Shown: positions 1 through 10,096, counted from the first letter of the stretch. The stretch is DNA of 64,000 bases from Bacillota bacterium (GCA_022360955.1 JAKSBV010000309.1:6053-70052), one strand, 5' to 3'. Program-made: numbers and translations. The notes: generated by a model from the letters alone, not told the origin.

Positions 1-310
1 ATCGTCTGACCTTTAAAACAACGGTTATCTGTAATGTATATTACTCAATGCCATAACGGAGCATCCCGGTATATCCTACTTACTTTTCAGATATACAGCT
101 CAAGAGCGAGATTATTACATATACCTCCAACCGATTCACACCACCCATCGGCTCTCTGAATGGTCAGCACATCTTTTAACTCTTTCATCGCTTTTGTCAT
201 CACTATAAATATAATTGTTTAACATTTTACCAGTGCCTTATTGATTTGTCAACGGTGTTTTTTAATGTTCCCTGTTAAAATGTTCAGATAAAATTGAACA
301 TAATATGTTG

Positions 311-374
311 TATGGATACCCATCTTTAAAATGGCATTTATATTTACGCAAAAAATGCAGAATCATCGTTATTT
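311..374. mobile_element. MITE-A repeat, truncated copy (about the first 60 percent)
   Basis: tatggatacccatctttaaaatggcatttatatttacgcaaaaaatgcagaatcatcgtt aligns with the left part of full copies at 11595 and 52601; the right half is replaced by an F-element fragment. Confidence 0.6.
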
Positions 375-457
375 AATGGCTGGTCCATTCTCAACCCCCA
401 TCTCTTAACTATTTTTCTGCCTTGGAATCATTTTCTTCAACCCACATCTATACACCC
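375..457 (+). mobile_element. F-element fragment (arm2 plus beta terminal repeat)
   Basis: tggtccattctca...ccttggaatcattttcttcaacccacatctatacaccc matches the beta half of the complete F-element at 46493-46728. Confidence 0.6.
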
Positions 458-663
458 TGCGCTCCTTGATTGACTTGGCTCACCTTTTTAATGCTTTTCT
501 CCAGCTTCGGACGGGGTATCATCACCTGGTGTCCGCATCCCAAGCATTTAATCCGAAAATCCATTCCCGTTCTCACAATTTCCCACTGTTTATTCCCGCA
601 GGGATGTTGCTTTTTGAGCTCCACCACATCTCCAATATTGAGCTTCATAGGCACGTGCATCAC
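448..663 (-). CDS. DUF951 family small protein
   Basis: KLNIGDVVELKKQHPCG...FRIKCLGCGHQVMIPR resembles DUF951/YyzM-like proteins; the last codons GV-stop lie inside the repeat terminus. Confidence 0.75.
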   Translation of the reverse strand: MMHVPMKLNIGDVVELKKQHPCGNKQWEIVRTGMDFRIKCLGCGHQVMIPRPKLEKSIKKVSQVNQGAQGV

Positions 664-1523
664 CTCTTATCATTGATTACTACAATTTTATTATAGGGTA
701 TCTCAATCTCTTCTCGATCAAAAGTATCTTTAATCCGCTTTCGCAATTCCCTCTCAACACTCCACTGCTGCCCTGCAACGGTCTTTGCAAAAATCCGTAT
801 CACTACGCCGGAATCACCAAGATCCATAACCCCCAAAACCTCAGGCCCTTTAACAATAGAAGCGATTTCCTTCGAGGCTGTCTCAGATACCTGCGTTAAG
901 ACGGAAATGACATCATCTATCTTTTCTTCATAGGCCACCGATACATCTACAATTGCCCCTTTACTGCCACGGGTATGGTTGGTTACTTTAGTGATTTCGC
1001 CATTGGGAATAATGTACAAATCGCCGGCATAATGTCTAAGCTTTGTAATCCTCAGACCCACTTCTTCGACCGTTCCCATCATTTTGTCGATGGTAATCAT
1101 ATCTCCGACTGCAAATTGATCTTCCAACAGGATAAAAAAGCCCGTTATAACATCTTTCACCAGACTTTGGGCTCCAAAGCCTACGGCCAAACCGCCTACC
1201 CCTGCCGCCGTAATAATCGTGGTCGTTTCTATGCCAAATACGCTCTGCAGCGTGGTCACAATGGCAATAAAATATACGGCATACCGTAAGATGCTGATAC
1301 AAAGGGTAGAAAGGGTATCGGTTCTCTTATCATCCAATTTATATTTGAATTCTCTCTGTTTATCAAAAAATTTTTGAATCGCTAAAGAACCGAACTTAAT
1401 TGCGATGGCCGATAACAAAATAATAAGAACCGTTTGGCCTATTTTTCCCAGCCCCGCAAATATATGTCCCTCGTTTTGCATAATAGCTCTTTCAAATAAG
1501 GCTTTTAGCTGATCCCATTCCAT
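660..1523 (-). CDS. mechanosensitive ion channel, MscS family
   Basis: N-terminal TM helices then LVKDVITGFFILLEDQFAVGDMITI and a beta-domain typical of MscS; RBS GGGAGGG upstream. Confidence 0.9.
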   Translation of the reverse strand: MEWDQLKALFERAIMQNEGHIFAGLGKIGQTVLIILLSAIAIKFGSLAIQKFFDKQREFKYKLDDKRTDTLSTLCISILRYAVYFIAIVTTLQSVFGIETTTIITAAGVGGLAVGFGAQSLVKDVITGFFILLEDQFAVGDMITIDKMMGTVEEVGLRITKLRHYAGDLYIIPNGEITKVTNHTRGSKGAIVDVSVAYEEKIDDVISVLTQVSETASKEIASIVKGPEVLGVMDLGDSGVVIRIFAKTVAGQQWSVERELRKRIKDTFDREEIEIPYNKIVVINDKR

Positions 1524-1564
1524 TTATTGCCCTCCCTTCCCAGACCTTCTGTCTATCCGCTATC

Positions 1565-2107
1565 TTACTTATGACCATATTTCAAAACAAATATACTAAT
1601 GATAAAGCCGATTGTACTAATATTGTGAAACCACAGATAGAGATCTTGCAGGCGATTTTTCCACCGGTTTTCATTTTGATTTTTCTTCTTGGCTTTCCCA
1701 TTCAGCATATTATCGATAATCGTAATAATATCATACATCCAATCCGCAATCAAAATCACTGCAATCGCCCGGATGATAAACACATCGACATACACTAGTG
1801 CATATATGAAATAAAGAATAACCATTAAATTCATAGCAATCATAAACCCATATCCCAGCCTGCGTATATTGACCCCTAATATTTCTCCAATATCCGAAAA
1901 TTCCTGATCCGCATCTTCCATTTCAATCTCCTCAATATCTTCTTGCTGCTCCTGAGCGGGTGCGGTTAACCGATTTAAATTCCCGATGGATATAAAAACA
2001 AGGATCAGGGACATTATTACAAAGAATGCCTCTGCATCATAACAAATAATCATAGCAGGAAAAACAATGATCATAAAAATCATCATAAACAAATGTTTAA
2101 CAGACAT
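1565..2107 (-). CDS. hypothetical membrane protein
   Basis: 180-aa ORF with several hydrophobic segments and an acidic loop; RBS-like GTGAGG; no family recognised. Confidence 0.5.
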   Translation of the reverse strand: MSVKHLFMMIFMIIVFPAMIICYDAEAFFVIMSLILVFISIGNLNRLTAPAQEQQEDIEEIEMEDADQEFSDIGEILGVNIRRLGYGFMIAMNLMVILYFIYALVYVDVFIIRAIAVILIADWMYDIITIIDNMLNGKAKKKNQNENRWKNRLQDLYLWFHNISTIGFIISIFVLKYGHK

Positions 2108-2122
2108 AACCTCACATCCAAT

Positions 2123-2704
2123 TTATTTTAGTTTGATTTCCAGAGAATTCCTTATCATGACGGCAACCTCTCCTCTTGTAACCGGCTTATGGACATCTAT
2201 TTCCAAAGCATTCGTAATGCCTAGCTGATCCCCTAACTGCATAAAATTATCCGGCCAGTTTTCACCTTCCACATCATTGGCATAACCTAACGCTCTCACA
2301 AGCATTGTAACCACTTCCGAATACCTGATCTGATTACTCACTTTAAAAGTATCGTCGGGATAACCGGCCACAACGTTCAAGCTATATGCGGTTGCAATAT
2401 AATTGAAGCCCCAGTGATCGGAAGCAACATCGGTAAAAGGGAATGCCTCGGGCACAATAGGATCTTCTTCATAGCCCAGCATTCTGGAAATCACGGCACA
2501 AAATTCTACCCTGCTGATGGGATTTTCCAACCCTAAGCTTCCGTCCGGATAGCCTTTCAACAGGTTCAATGCCACTAACTTATTCACGGCTTCTTCCTGT
2601 ACTGCCGATGTTTCATTCTCTTGCGAAGGGACAGCCGCAGCAGGCCCCAACAGACACACAAAAATTAAGCTTATTACCATTATTCTTATTCTAAAGTTTC
2701 TCAA
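2123..2704 (-). CDS. secreted S-layer homology (SLH) domain protein
   Basis: signal peptide followed by SLH-like modules (LLKGYPDGSLGLENPISRVEF, FTDVASDHWGFNYI, VAGYPDDTFKVSNQIRYSE); start placed at TTG 2704 behind AAGGGAG rather than the track start 2722. Confidence 0.75.
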   Translation of the reverse strand: MRNFRIRIMVISLIFVCLLGPAAAVPSQENETSAVQEEAVNKLVALNLLKGYPDGSLGLENPISRVEFCAVISRMLGYEEDPIVPEAFPFTDVASDHWGFNYIATAYSLNVVAGYPDDTFKVSNQIRYSEVVTMLVRALGYANDVEGENWPDNFMQLGDQLGITNALEIDVHKPVTRGEVAVMIRNSLEIKLK

Positions 2705-2953
2705 AATATTTCTCCCTTTCAAAAATCAGAGGCAAGAAATCGGAAACTAATATTTATTGTTCCGACCCTTTCTTCATCCTCCGTTTTAAATTTTTTAATT
2801 TTCATAAATTAACAACATTATACTACTTTTTTTTTAATGATAAAAGAGAAAATACCATATAGAATAATTATTTAATAAAATTGAAATATTAAATAAGAGA
2901 ATTGCACCATGACCGACCGTCGATTCTTGAATAATATCTAAGGAGGTTATATC

Positions 2954-3451
2954 ATGTCAAAAACAGTTGTAGGCATTTTCGATTCCCAGGATCTTGCCGA
3001 ACAAGCAGCAAGGCAAGTACAGGATAATGGCTTGAGAACCAGTGACATTTCTATTATCGCAAAGGAGAACGATCAACAGGGGAATGAAGAAGCAGGCAGG
3101 TTTACCAACAACAGGGCCGGCGCCAACGATAATGTTTCCGGCGGTGCAGTGACAGGAGGCGTTTTAGGAGGTGTGGCAGGATTACTGCTTGGCATGGGCA
3201 CAATGGTTATTCCCGGGTTGGGCGTTATTGCAGCCGCAGGGCCCATTGCAGGTTTGCTGTCCGGCGCAGTAACAGGCGGCATTGTAGGTGGCCTGGTTGA
3301 CCTGGGTATCCCCGAAGAAGCCGGTCGAAGATATGAATCGGAAATTAAACAAGGAAAAATTTTATGGAGCATGTCCACTGAAGAAAATAATGCCGAACAA
3401 GTGGCTAACATTTTAAGAACTACCGGCGCAGCCAATGTGGAAATACATTAA
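2954..3451 (+). CDS. general-stress-protein-like protein (YflT/GSP17M-type N domain plus glycine-zipper segment)
   Basis: VVGIFDSQDLAEQAARQVQDNGL N-terminus, Gly-rich GGAVTGGVLGGVAGLLLG core, RYESEIKQGKIL C-terminus; strong RBS AAGGAGG. Confidence 0.5.
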   Translation: MSKTVVGIFDSQDLAEQAARQVQDNGLRTSDISIIAKENDQQGNEEAGRFTNNRAGANDNVSGGAVTGGVLGGVAGLLLGMGTMVIPGLGVIAAAGPIAGLLSGAVTGGIVGGLVDLGIPEEAGRRYESEIKQGKILWSMSTEENNAEQVANILRTTGAANVEIH

Positions 3452-3480
3452 TAGTGGGGAGTGGGGGGTAGGGAGTGGGG
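3452..3480 (+). repeat. GGGGAGT-type purine word array, begins 1 nt after a stop codon
   Basis: TAGTGGGGAGTGGGGGGTAGGGAGTGGGG directly follows TAA at 3449-3451. Confidence 0.7.
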
Positions 3481-3491
3481 CGTCAAAAGGA

Positions 3492-3519
3492 GGAAGGTTG
3501 AGTGTACACTCAACCTTCC
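3492..3519 (-). terminator. hairpin between convergent genes, overlaps the acyl-CoA synthetase stop codon
   Basis: GGAAGGTTGAG-tgtaca-CTCAACCTTCC, 11-bp stem; followed by CTCCTTTT on the minus strand. Confidence 0.45.
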
Positions 3520-5237
3520 GGGTGTTCTAAGTATCTTTTGATTTTCTTGGTTGTGGTTTTGGCAAAGTCTTCTTTGCGGATTGTGAAATCCGTCATACGT
3601 TTATAAAGAGGCATTTTGTGGTTTACTTTCTTTACTTCCTCCTCTATTAATGCCCTCACCTGTTGTTCTATATAATCTTTACCCAGTTCTTCTTCTATAG
3701 CTTCAAAATTGGGTAGTATTTGGCCGTTTACATAAGTTTCGCCGCTTTCTTCATCGTATTTGCCCCATACCAAGCTTTCGGCAACATAATCACTTCTGTT
3801 AAGATAGGTTTCCACTTCTTCCGGAAAAATGTTCTTGCCGTTTTTGGTGACAATGACATTCTTCTGTCTGCCTGTAATATGCACGAAGCCCTCTTGGTCA
3901 ATAAATCCCAGATCCCCGGTATGAAACCATCCGTCTCTGATGACTTTTGCAGTGTCGTCTTCGTTCTGAAAATACCCCAGCATGACATTATTCCCTTTGC
4001 AAATAATTTCACCGATTCCTTCTTCATTGGGATTGTCAATCTTTACTTCCATCTCCGCCAGAGGCAATCCGGCCGCATCATCTTTATAGCAACAGTCTCT
4101 ATTGACGGCGACAATAGGAGAACATTCGGTTAAGCCATACCCCTGCACAAGGGAGAAGCCTATGTCCCTAAAGCCCTTGGCAATCATCGGGTCTATACCT
4201 GCTGCTCCGCTGATGAACAACCTTAAATGCCCTCCCAGGGCATTATGAATATTTTTAAATATTTTCTTAGAAATGTCTATGCCTACGCTCTTTAACAAAT
4301 AGCTTGCTTTGATCGCTATGCGCAGTTTGTTGTCCATACCGCTTTTTTCAGCTTGTTTCCATACCTTTTTATACATGGCCTCAAAGATGAGGGGCACCCC
4401 CAGCATCACCGTAACTTTTGCTTCTTTTAGGTTCTTCACAATATGGCGCAGCCCTTCGCAATATGCGATTGTACTGCCTCGATATATTTGACATAAGAAC
4501 CCGCATGTACACTCATAAGCATGGTGTATCGGCAAAACCGAAAGAAAGACATCTTTTTCTCCGATATAAATCATTTTACACATTTCCATTAAATTTGTAC
4601 AAATATTTTTATGGGAAAGCATGACACCCTTCGCCAACGCCGTCGTACCGGAAGTAAAAAGAAGAATCCGCATTTCGTCGGGATCAATGGTCCGGTCGAT
4701 ATAACTTGTATTCCCTTGATTTAATAGCTGCTTCCCTTGCTCTATCAACTTATGAAACGAAACACTCGTATCGGTGCCTTCATCTTCATCCATATTAATG
4801 CGTAACGTTAACCCCGGTAAGGCTGCATTGATACTGTTTATCGATTCTCTATGCTTGCCCGAATAAATAATAACACTTGCCTCGGACACACCGACAAGGT
4901 GCTCTATTTCCTGTACCGGAAGCTCCTTATCCAACGGCACAATTGTTCCCACACCATTTACCACAGCAAGATAAGAAACCGCCCATTCATATCTGTTCTC
5001 GCCTATCAGGGCAATGCGTTTTCCCTGCAGTCCCAAATCCATTAACGCGGTCCCCAACGCTTCCACATCATTTTTAAACTGTTTAAAAGATATGGGCTGA
5101 TAATCATCATTTCCCTTCTCTTTTACCAGAAATGCCGTTTTGTCTCCAAACAGTTGCGTACTTTGCACCAACATCTCTTTCAAGTCCTTAATTTCTCTTA
5201 CCTCATATAATGGTGTATTCGCCCTTTTCATTTTCAA
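3510..5237 (-). CDS. long-chain acyl-CoA synthetase (AMP-forming)
   Basis: LLFTSGTTALAKGVMLSH AMP-binding motif, GYGLTE, TGDLG motifs; 575 aa. Confidence 0.9.
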   Translation of the reverse strand: MKMKRANTPLYEVREIKDLKEMLVQSTQLFGDKTAFLVKEKGNDDYQPISFKQFKNDVEALGTALMDLGLQGKRIALIGENRYEWAVSYLAVVNGVGTIVPLDKELPVQEIEHLVGVSEASVIIYSGKHRESINSINAALPGLTLRINMDEDEGTDTSVSFHKLIEQGKQLLNQGNTSYIDRTIDPDEMRILLFTSGTTALAKGVMLSHKNICTNLMEMCKMIYIGEKDVFLSVLPIHHAYECTCGFLCQIYRGSTIAYCEGLRHIVKNLKEAKVTVMLGVPLIFEAMYKKVWKQAEKSGMDNKLRIAIKASYLLKSVGIDISKKIFKNIHNALGGHLRLFISGAAGIDPMIAKGFRDIGFSLVQGYGLTECSPIVAVNRDCCYKDDAAGLPLAEMEVKIDNPNEEGIGEIICKGNNVMLGYFQNEDDTAKVIRDGWFHTGDLGFIDQEGFVHITGRQKNVIVTKNGKNIFPEEVETYLNRSDYVAESLVWGKYDEESGETYVNGQILPNFEAIEEELGKDYIEQQVRALIEEEVKKVNHKMPLYKRMTDFTIRKEDFAKTTTKKIKRYLEHPEG

Positions 5238-5371
5238 CCTCCCTTTTAATCAAAAATATCTGCATTTAGAAAAAACAAAAAAAACATTTTTGATTTGTAT
5301 ATCTTTTACTATACTCGCTCCTTGTGTGCTATGCCCTTGCACCTATTTCTTTTGCATTACTGCTAAATTTA

Positions 5372-6715
5372 TTATATAGTAAATCGTTCGACTGTACCAG
5401 TATTTTCTTGATATTCCGATCCGTGTTCCTGCTTTGCCAGCATCATTGTCAAGATAGCCGTATTTGTGTTTTTCATTCCTTTATTTCCGAGGCACCCTAA
5501 ATTTTGCAGCGTTTTCTCAACATCCAGATCTACGATACCGTCATAAGATGCGGCGCCGACTCCTTTAACGGCAAGAAAAGCGGCACGGGCCGCAGCACTT
5601 ACTGCCGTCGCTATCTTCAACGCGCACCCCGGTTTTGCCCCGTCGCATATTACCCCCGCAATGTCCGCTACCATGATTCTTATACTGCATTCTATTTGAT
5701 GCATGCCGCCCCCCAGCATATAAACAATGCCGGCGCAGGCTCCTATCGATGCAGCTATACTGCATCCGCACAGGGCCGACATCCTACCGATAAACCCCTT
5801 GGCGTGAATGGTAATCAATTCGCTTAGCGCCAAGGCCCGAAGCTTGCTCTCCCCTTCTATATTCATTTTTTCCGCAAATGCTATGACAGGCAGTGATGCC
5901 GTAAGTCCTTGGTTTCCACTGCCGGCAGTACTCATTACAGGCAATGTACTGCCTGACATTCTGGCATCCGCCGCTGCTGCCGTCAATGCAATAGCATAAT
6001 TTGTCACATCGTCACACATCAATCCCAGATCCACATTGTCCTTAATGCTTTTGCCCACCCTTAACCCATAGTCTGAGCGCATTCCGTCTTCCGCAATATA
6101 CCTGTTCATTTCAACGGTCTTTTTTAAGAAATAAAGCTGCTCAACGGGCACATTCATGCAAAAAGAATATATATCCCCTACTTTTGCGCCGTTCAAGGGA
6201 TGGTTCTGTTCTCCCCTATTTATTTTGAGGTCAGAGTCGTCGTCTTCTATGATTATATCGTCATTATAGCTTACATAGGTAAAATGATCATGTCTTTTCC
6301 GGATAATCGCTACACTGCTGTCTGCATTATGATAGCAAACGGCCCTAATATATATTTTTTCAGAACCATGGGCAATGTCTACCAATATCTTGTTTTCTCC
6401 TTTCATCCTTTTTGCTGCTTGTATTTCCCGATCACATAAACGGCTGAAAATCTGCAAGTCATATGGAGGTGTTCTGCTTATGCCTCCTATCGCTGCCGCA
6501 ATCTCCAAGCCGGTCATACCCGTTTTGGGTATGCCGACACCCTTACCGTTTTTGTAAATATATTCACTTACGTAGACTTCTATGCTATCGGGTATATCTC
6601 GATGCATTGAAGCCGCCCTAGCCACTGCCAAGGCCACTGCAGCCGGTTCCGTACAGCCCGTTGCAGGAATGATTTCTTTTTTTAAAATATTCAGATAGAA
6701 TGAATCCTTATTCAT
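5372..6715 (-). CDS. L-cysteine desulfidase family protein (UPF0597/YhaM-like)
   Basis: IIPATGCTEPAAVALAVA N-terminal motif and SAGSGNQG motif typical of this family. Confidence 0.8.
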   Translation of the reverse strand: MNKDSFYLNILKKEIIPATGCTEPAAVALAVARAASMHRDIPDSIEVYVSEYIYKNGKGVGIPKTGMTGLEIAAAIGGISRTPPYDLQIFSRLCDREIQAAKRMKGENKILVDIAHGSEKIYIRAVCYHNADSSVAIIRKRHDHFTYVSYNDDIIIEDDDSDLKINRGEQNHPLNGAKVGDIYSFCMNVPVEQLYFLKKTVEMNRYIAEDGMRSDYGLRVGKSIKDNVDLGLMCDDVTNYAIALTAAAADARMSGSTLPVMSTAGSGNQGLTASLPVIAFAEKMNIEGESKLRALALSELITIHAKGFIGRMSALCGCSIAASIGACAGIVYMLGGGMHQIECSIRIMVADIAGVICDGAKPGCALKIATAVSAAARAAFLAVKGVGAASYDGIVDLDVEKTLQNLGCLGNKGMKNTNTAILTMMLAKQEHGSEYQENTGTVERFTI

Positions 6716-8264
6716 TGATAGGCCCCCTTACTTTTTCCTGAAATTGTCCCGGTGTCATGTTGTACTTTCTTTTAAAAATTCGGATAAATTGTGAAGTGTC
6801 GTTATAACCGCACAATCCTGCTACGGACGTTACACTTAATGCCTTATCGCTCAATAATGCCCTTGCATTTTCCATACGGGCTTCCGTAAGATGATCCGTG
6901 TAATTTTTACCCGTTTTGTCTTTCAGCAAATGGCTTAAATAACTGCTGTTCAAAAAGAAGATATTCTCTGCAAGCTGTTTAAGTGAAATATTCTTATCAT
7001 AATTATTTCTAATATATTCCAAAACAAATTTTATAATAACATCGGTGGAAGACTTGTTCTCTGATTTTTGATAATCTATAATTTTGCCGAACCTTTCAAT
7101 CTTTTCTCTGAAAGATTGTATAATTTCTTCTACCGAATTATATTCCATTATGTTAAACGTTCTGTTAAAACGCGACAATTTTACCGGTAATGCCGATTGG
7201 CTGCCTGTCAGGATACCGGAAGTAATTTCATTTAAAACAATATTGATTTTATTGCCCATATCTTCAACACTATAGATGGAAATGTCCTTATGCCCGGCCG
7301 TATTCACCATGACATGCTCAATCATTTCATAGGTTCGGTGCATCATCCCCTGTTCAAGATATAACTTAAGCAGGACTGCTTCCCTGTGTCCAAAAATCGA
7401 TACATATTTTTCTCTTTTTTTGACGGTTTCATAGTAGTGCACATGATCACGATCTATCGCTTTATATTTTAAAGACAACATGGCCTCTTTGTAGGCCGTA
7501 TGGAGTTCCGAAAGTCCTTGATGTTCGCTGCTTATACCGGCATAATGTCCCTTTGAACTTTTGTCGAGAATGCTTAACACCTTCTCAGCAGACATGCACT
7601 CCCCTTCTCCTTTATTGTGCCTCAACAATAGGGTGTTCATGGTTTTATCGGTTTTTATCAGTTCACAACAAGGATTTTCACTTGCAAGGGTTGTAAGGAT
7701 ACCTGCATTTATCTCTTTTTTCTGTTTAAGCCCATTTGGAGACAGATCCTCATATATGACCATCAACGTATACCTCTTTAAAGACATATTTAATGCATGA
7801 TCGTGCTCATCGATGTAACGCATTGACGGACGGGTAATCCACTGATAAAGGCGATTTTTCATATCGAGCCGTGCATTTTGCAATTTTAATGCCTTCATGC
7901 TATCCATGGTCTGCTTTAATACTTTATAGAGTTCCTCCTGTTTAACAGGCTTTAGGATGTAGGAAGAAACCCCGTATTCCATAGCCCTTTTGGCATACTC
8001 AAATTCACCGTAACCGCTTATGATGCCCACATTGCATTGGGGATAATGTTTTTGTATCAATGAAGCAAGCTCCAGCCCATCAATATTAGGCATACGCACA
8101 TCAGTCAGAACAAGATCCGGAACCTGCTCATGAATACGGTCAAATGCACATTTCCCATCGGCTGCCTCCCTTATTATCATATCCTGGCTATCCTTCCACT
8201 CGCTTACCATTTTGACAAGGGATTTTCTTGCACAATCTTCATTTTCAACAATTAAAATGTTCAA
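6708..8264 (-). CDS. response regulator with AraC-type HTH output (YesN-like)
   Basis: receiver domain (LVLTDVRMPNIDG, YILKP) plus C-terminal AraC HTH (SVTSVAGLCGYNDTSQFIRIFKRKYNMTPGQF); TTG start behind GGAAGGTGA; 8-nt overlap with the downstream gene. Confidence 0.9.
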   Translation of the reverse strand: MNILIVENEDCARKSLVKMVSEWKDSQDMIIREAADGKCAFDRIHEQVPDLVLTDVRMPNIDGLELASLIQKHYPQCNVGIISGYGEFEYAKRAMEYGVSSYILKPVKQEELYKVLKQTMDSMKALKLQNARLDMKNRLYQWITRPSMRYIDEHDHALNMSLKRYTLMVIYEDLSPNGLKQKKEINAGILTTLASENPCCELIKTDKTMNTLLLRHNKGEGECMSAEKVLSILDKSSKGHYAGISSEHQGLSELHTAYKEAMLSLKYKAIDRDHVHYYETVKKREKYVSIFGHREAVLLKLYLEQGMMHRTYEMIEHVMVNTAGHKDISIYSVEDMGNKINIVLNEITSGILTGSQSALPVKLSRFNRTFNIMEYNSVEEIIQSFREKIERFGKIIDYQKSENKSSTDVIIKFVLEYIRNNYDKNISLKQLAENIFFLNSSYLSHLLKDKTGKNYTDHLTEARMENARALLSDKALSVTSVAGLCGYNDTSQFIRIFKRKYNMTPGQFQEKVRGPINE

Positions 8265-8289
8265 GACTTATCACCTTCCTATTTCGAGA

Positions 8290-9123
8290 TTAACTCTTAA
8301 CCGCTCCTGCCGATATCCCCGTTATTATATACTTTTGCAAAAAACAATATATGATTACGATAGGCACCATGGACATAAAATAGGCTGTAAATGACATGGG
8401 GTAATTGAATGAGTACTGGGTTTTGAAATTATATTGAAAAAGGGGCAATGTCCAGTAATCCGATGACTTGTTAAGCAAGAGCAGCGGAAGCATAAAATCA
8501 TTCCAAAACCATAGAATGTCAATGATCATAAGGGTTGCAATCATTGGTTTTATCAGGTGAACAATAATTCTTGTGTATGTGCTGAAAACATTACAGCCAT
8601 CAATGTATGCAGCCTCTTCAATATCTCTGGGGATGGCTCTTATGTATCCTACAAACAAAAAGACGCCCCGTATAAGGCTGAAAGATACATAAAGCAAAAT
8701 AAGCCCCTGACGGTTCAACAGATTCAATTTTGTCATTTGCTTTACCAAAGGAAGCATAATGATTTGAAAGGGAACAAACAATCCCAGGAGTATATAGTAG
8801 TATAAAAACCGGTAATATCTATTATTAAAATTCCTTGCAATCGCATAGGAAACTGTGGGTACAAAAAAGACTACAATGGTCATGCTTATTGTGGAAATCA
8901 TCAAAGAATTGGCTGCATAGTTCCAAAACTTATTTCTGCTGAAAAGTTCCACAAAATTGCCGATATAAAATGCCGAAGGCAGTGCAAAAAAACTTTTTGC
9001 GGCTTCAGGCAACGGTTTAAAGGCAGTAATTATCATTATATACATGGGCCCTAAAGTCAAAACAATACCAAAAATCATTACCATTTTCCCAAGCAGTTTC
9101 CAGATAGTTTTTTCTTTAATCAT
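8290..9123 (-). CDS. carbohydrate ABC transporter permease
   Basis: six TM segments and an EAA-like loop (EEAAYIDGCNVFSTYTRIIVHLIKP); ATGA overlap with the upstream permease. Confidence 0.9.
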   Translation of the reverse strand: MIKEKTIWKLLGKMVMIFGIVLTLGPMYIMIITAFKPLPEAAKSFFALPSAFYIGNFVELFSRNKFWNYAANSLMISTISMTIVVFFVPTVSYAIARNFNNRYYRFLYYYILLGLFVPFQIIMLPLVKQMTKLNLLNRQGLILLYVSFSLIRGVFLFVGYIRAIPRDIEEAAYIDGCNVFSTYTRIIVHLIKPMIATLMIIDILWFWNDFMLPLLLLNKSSDYWTLPLFQYNFKTQYSFNYPMSFTAYFMSMVPIVIIYCFLQKYIITGISAGAVKS

Positions 9124-10010
9124 TCTGAAATAACACCTCCTTTACCGGAAATTTTAATCTGTATATAGGAAAGGGTCGCAATTATGATGAATAATATAAC
9201 CGCTTCCGCGTTTGCCAAAGCAAACCTCATCTCCTGAAAGCCATGCTTGTAGATCAAAACCGAAATAATTTCCGTTGCTTTTGCAGGCCCCCCGTTGGTC
9301 ATGGCATATACATAATCAAATACCGTCAGCCCGCTTTTAAGTGTCAATACAAAATTCACCGTCAATGTGGGGATCAGGTAGGGCAGCGTAATATACCTAA
9401 AGCGCTGAAAAGAATTGGCCCCGTCAATAGAAGAGGCTTCATAAATCTCTTTTGGAATCGTCTGCAATCCGGCTACAAATATAACAATGGGTAAGGCAAT
9501 AGCCTGCCAGCTGTTCACTAGTATAACCGCATTTAAAGCCGTTTTGGTACTTGCCAAGGGACTCTGGGACAATAGCCCGATCCCCAGTCCTTTTCCTATA
9601 ACGGGAATGGCCCTGAAAAAAAGTTGATCCCATATCAATGCGACGGTTACCGAACTAAGCATCGCCGGAAAGAAAAATATGGATTTAAAAAATGTCTTGA
9701 ATCTGACGAGTGAATCCAAGATCAACGCCATTGCCAATGCCGCGCTTATCACAATGACTACCAGTGCAGCCGCATAATAGACAGTAATTGAAAGGGAATT
9801 CCAAAACCTTTCATCGGTCAGCAATCGTCTGAAATTATCAAGCCCAATGATATTATAGGAAATGTCAATGCCATTCCAATCGGTCATGCTATAATATATA
9901 CCGCATATCACACTATAAATATAAAAAAACGAATATAAAAGCAAGGCCGGCAAGGAAAACATAAAATAAATCAATTTGTTTGTATCAATTTTGCCTTTTA
10001 AGTAAAACAT
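9120..10010 (-). CDS. sugar ABC transporter permease
   Basis: EAA loop YEASSIDGANSFQRFRYITLPYL; MalF/UgpA-like topology. Confidence 0.9.
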   Translation of the reverse strand: MFYLKGKIDTNKLIYFMFSLPALLLYSFFYIYSVICGIYYSMTDWNGIDISYNIIGLDNFRRLLTDERFWNSLSITVYYAAALVVIVISAALAMALILDSLVRFKTFFKSIFFFPAMLSSVTVALIWDQLFFRAIPVIGKGLGIGLLSQSPLASTKTALNAVILVNSWQAIALPIVIFVAGLQTIPKEIYEASSIDGANSFQRFRYITLPYLIPTLTVNFVLTLKSGLTVFDYVYAMTNGGPAKATEIISVLIYKHGFQEMRFALANAEAVILFIIIATLSYIQIKISGKGGVISE

Positions 10011-10057
10011 AAAGCACCCCTTTACTATTTACCCTTCGGATAAAATTTGCCTTAAAC

Positions 10058-10096
10058 TTTCACAAGGCCTCATTTCTTTAAAGAGACCTTGTGAAA
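10058..10096 (-). promoter_or_regulatory. intercistronic stem-loop between the binding-protein and permease genes
   Basis: TTTCACAAGG ... CCTTGTGAAA, 10-bp stem with 19-nt loop; typical position for differential mRNA stability in ABC operons. Confidence 0.4.
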
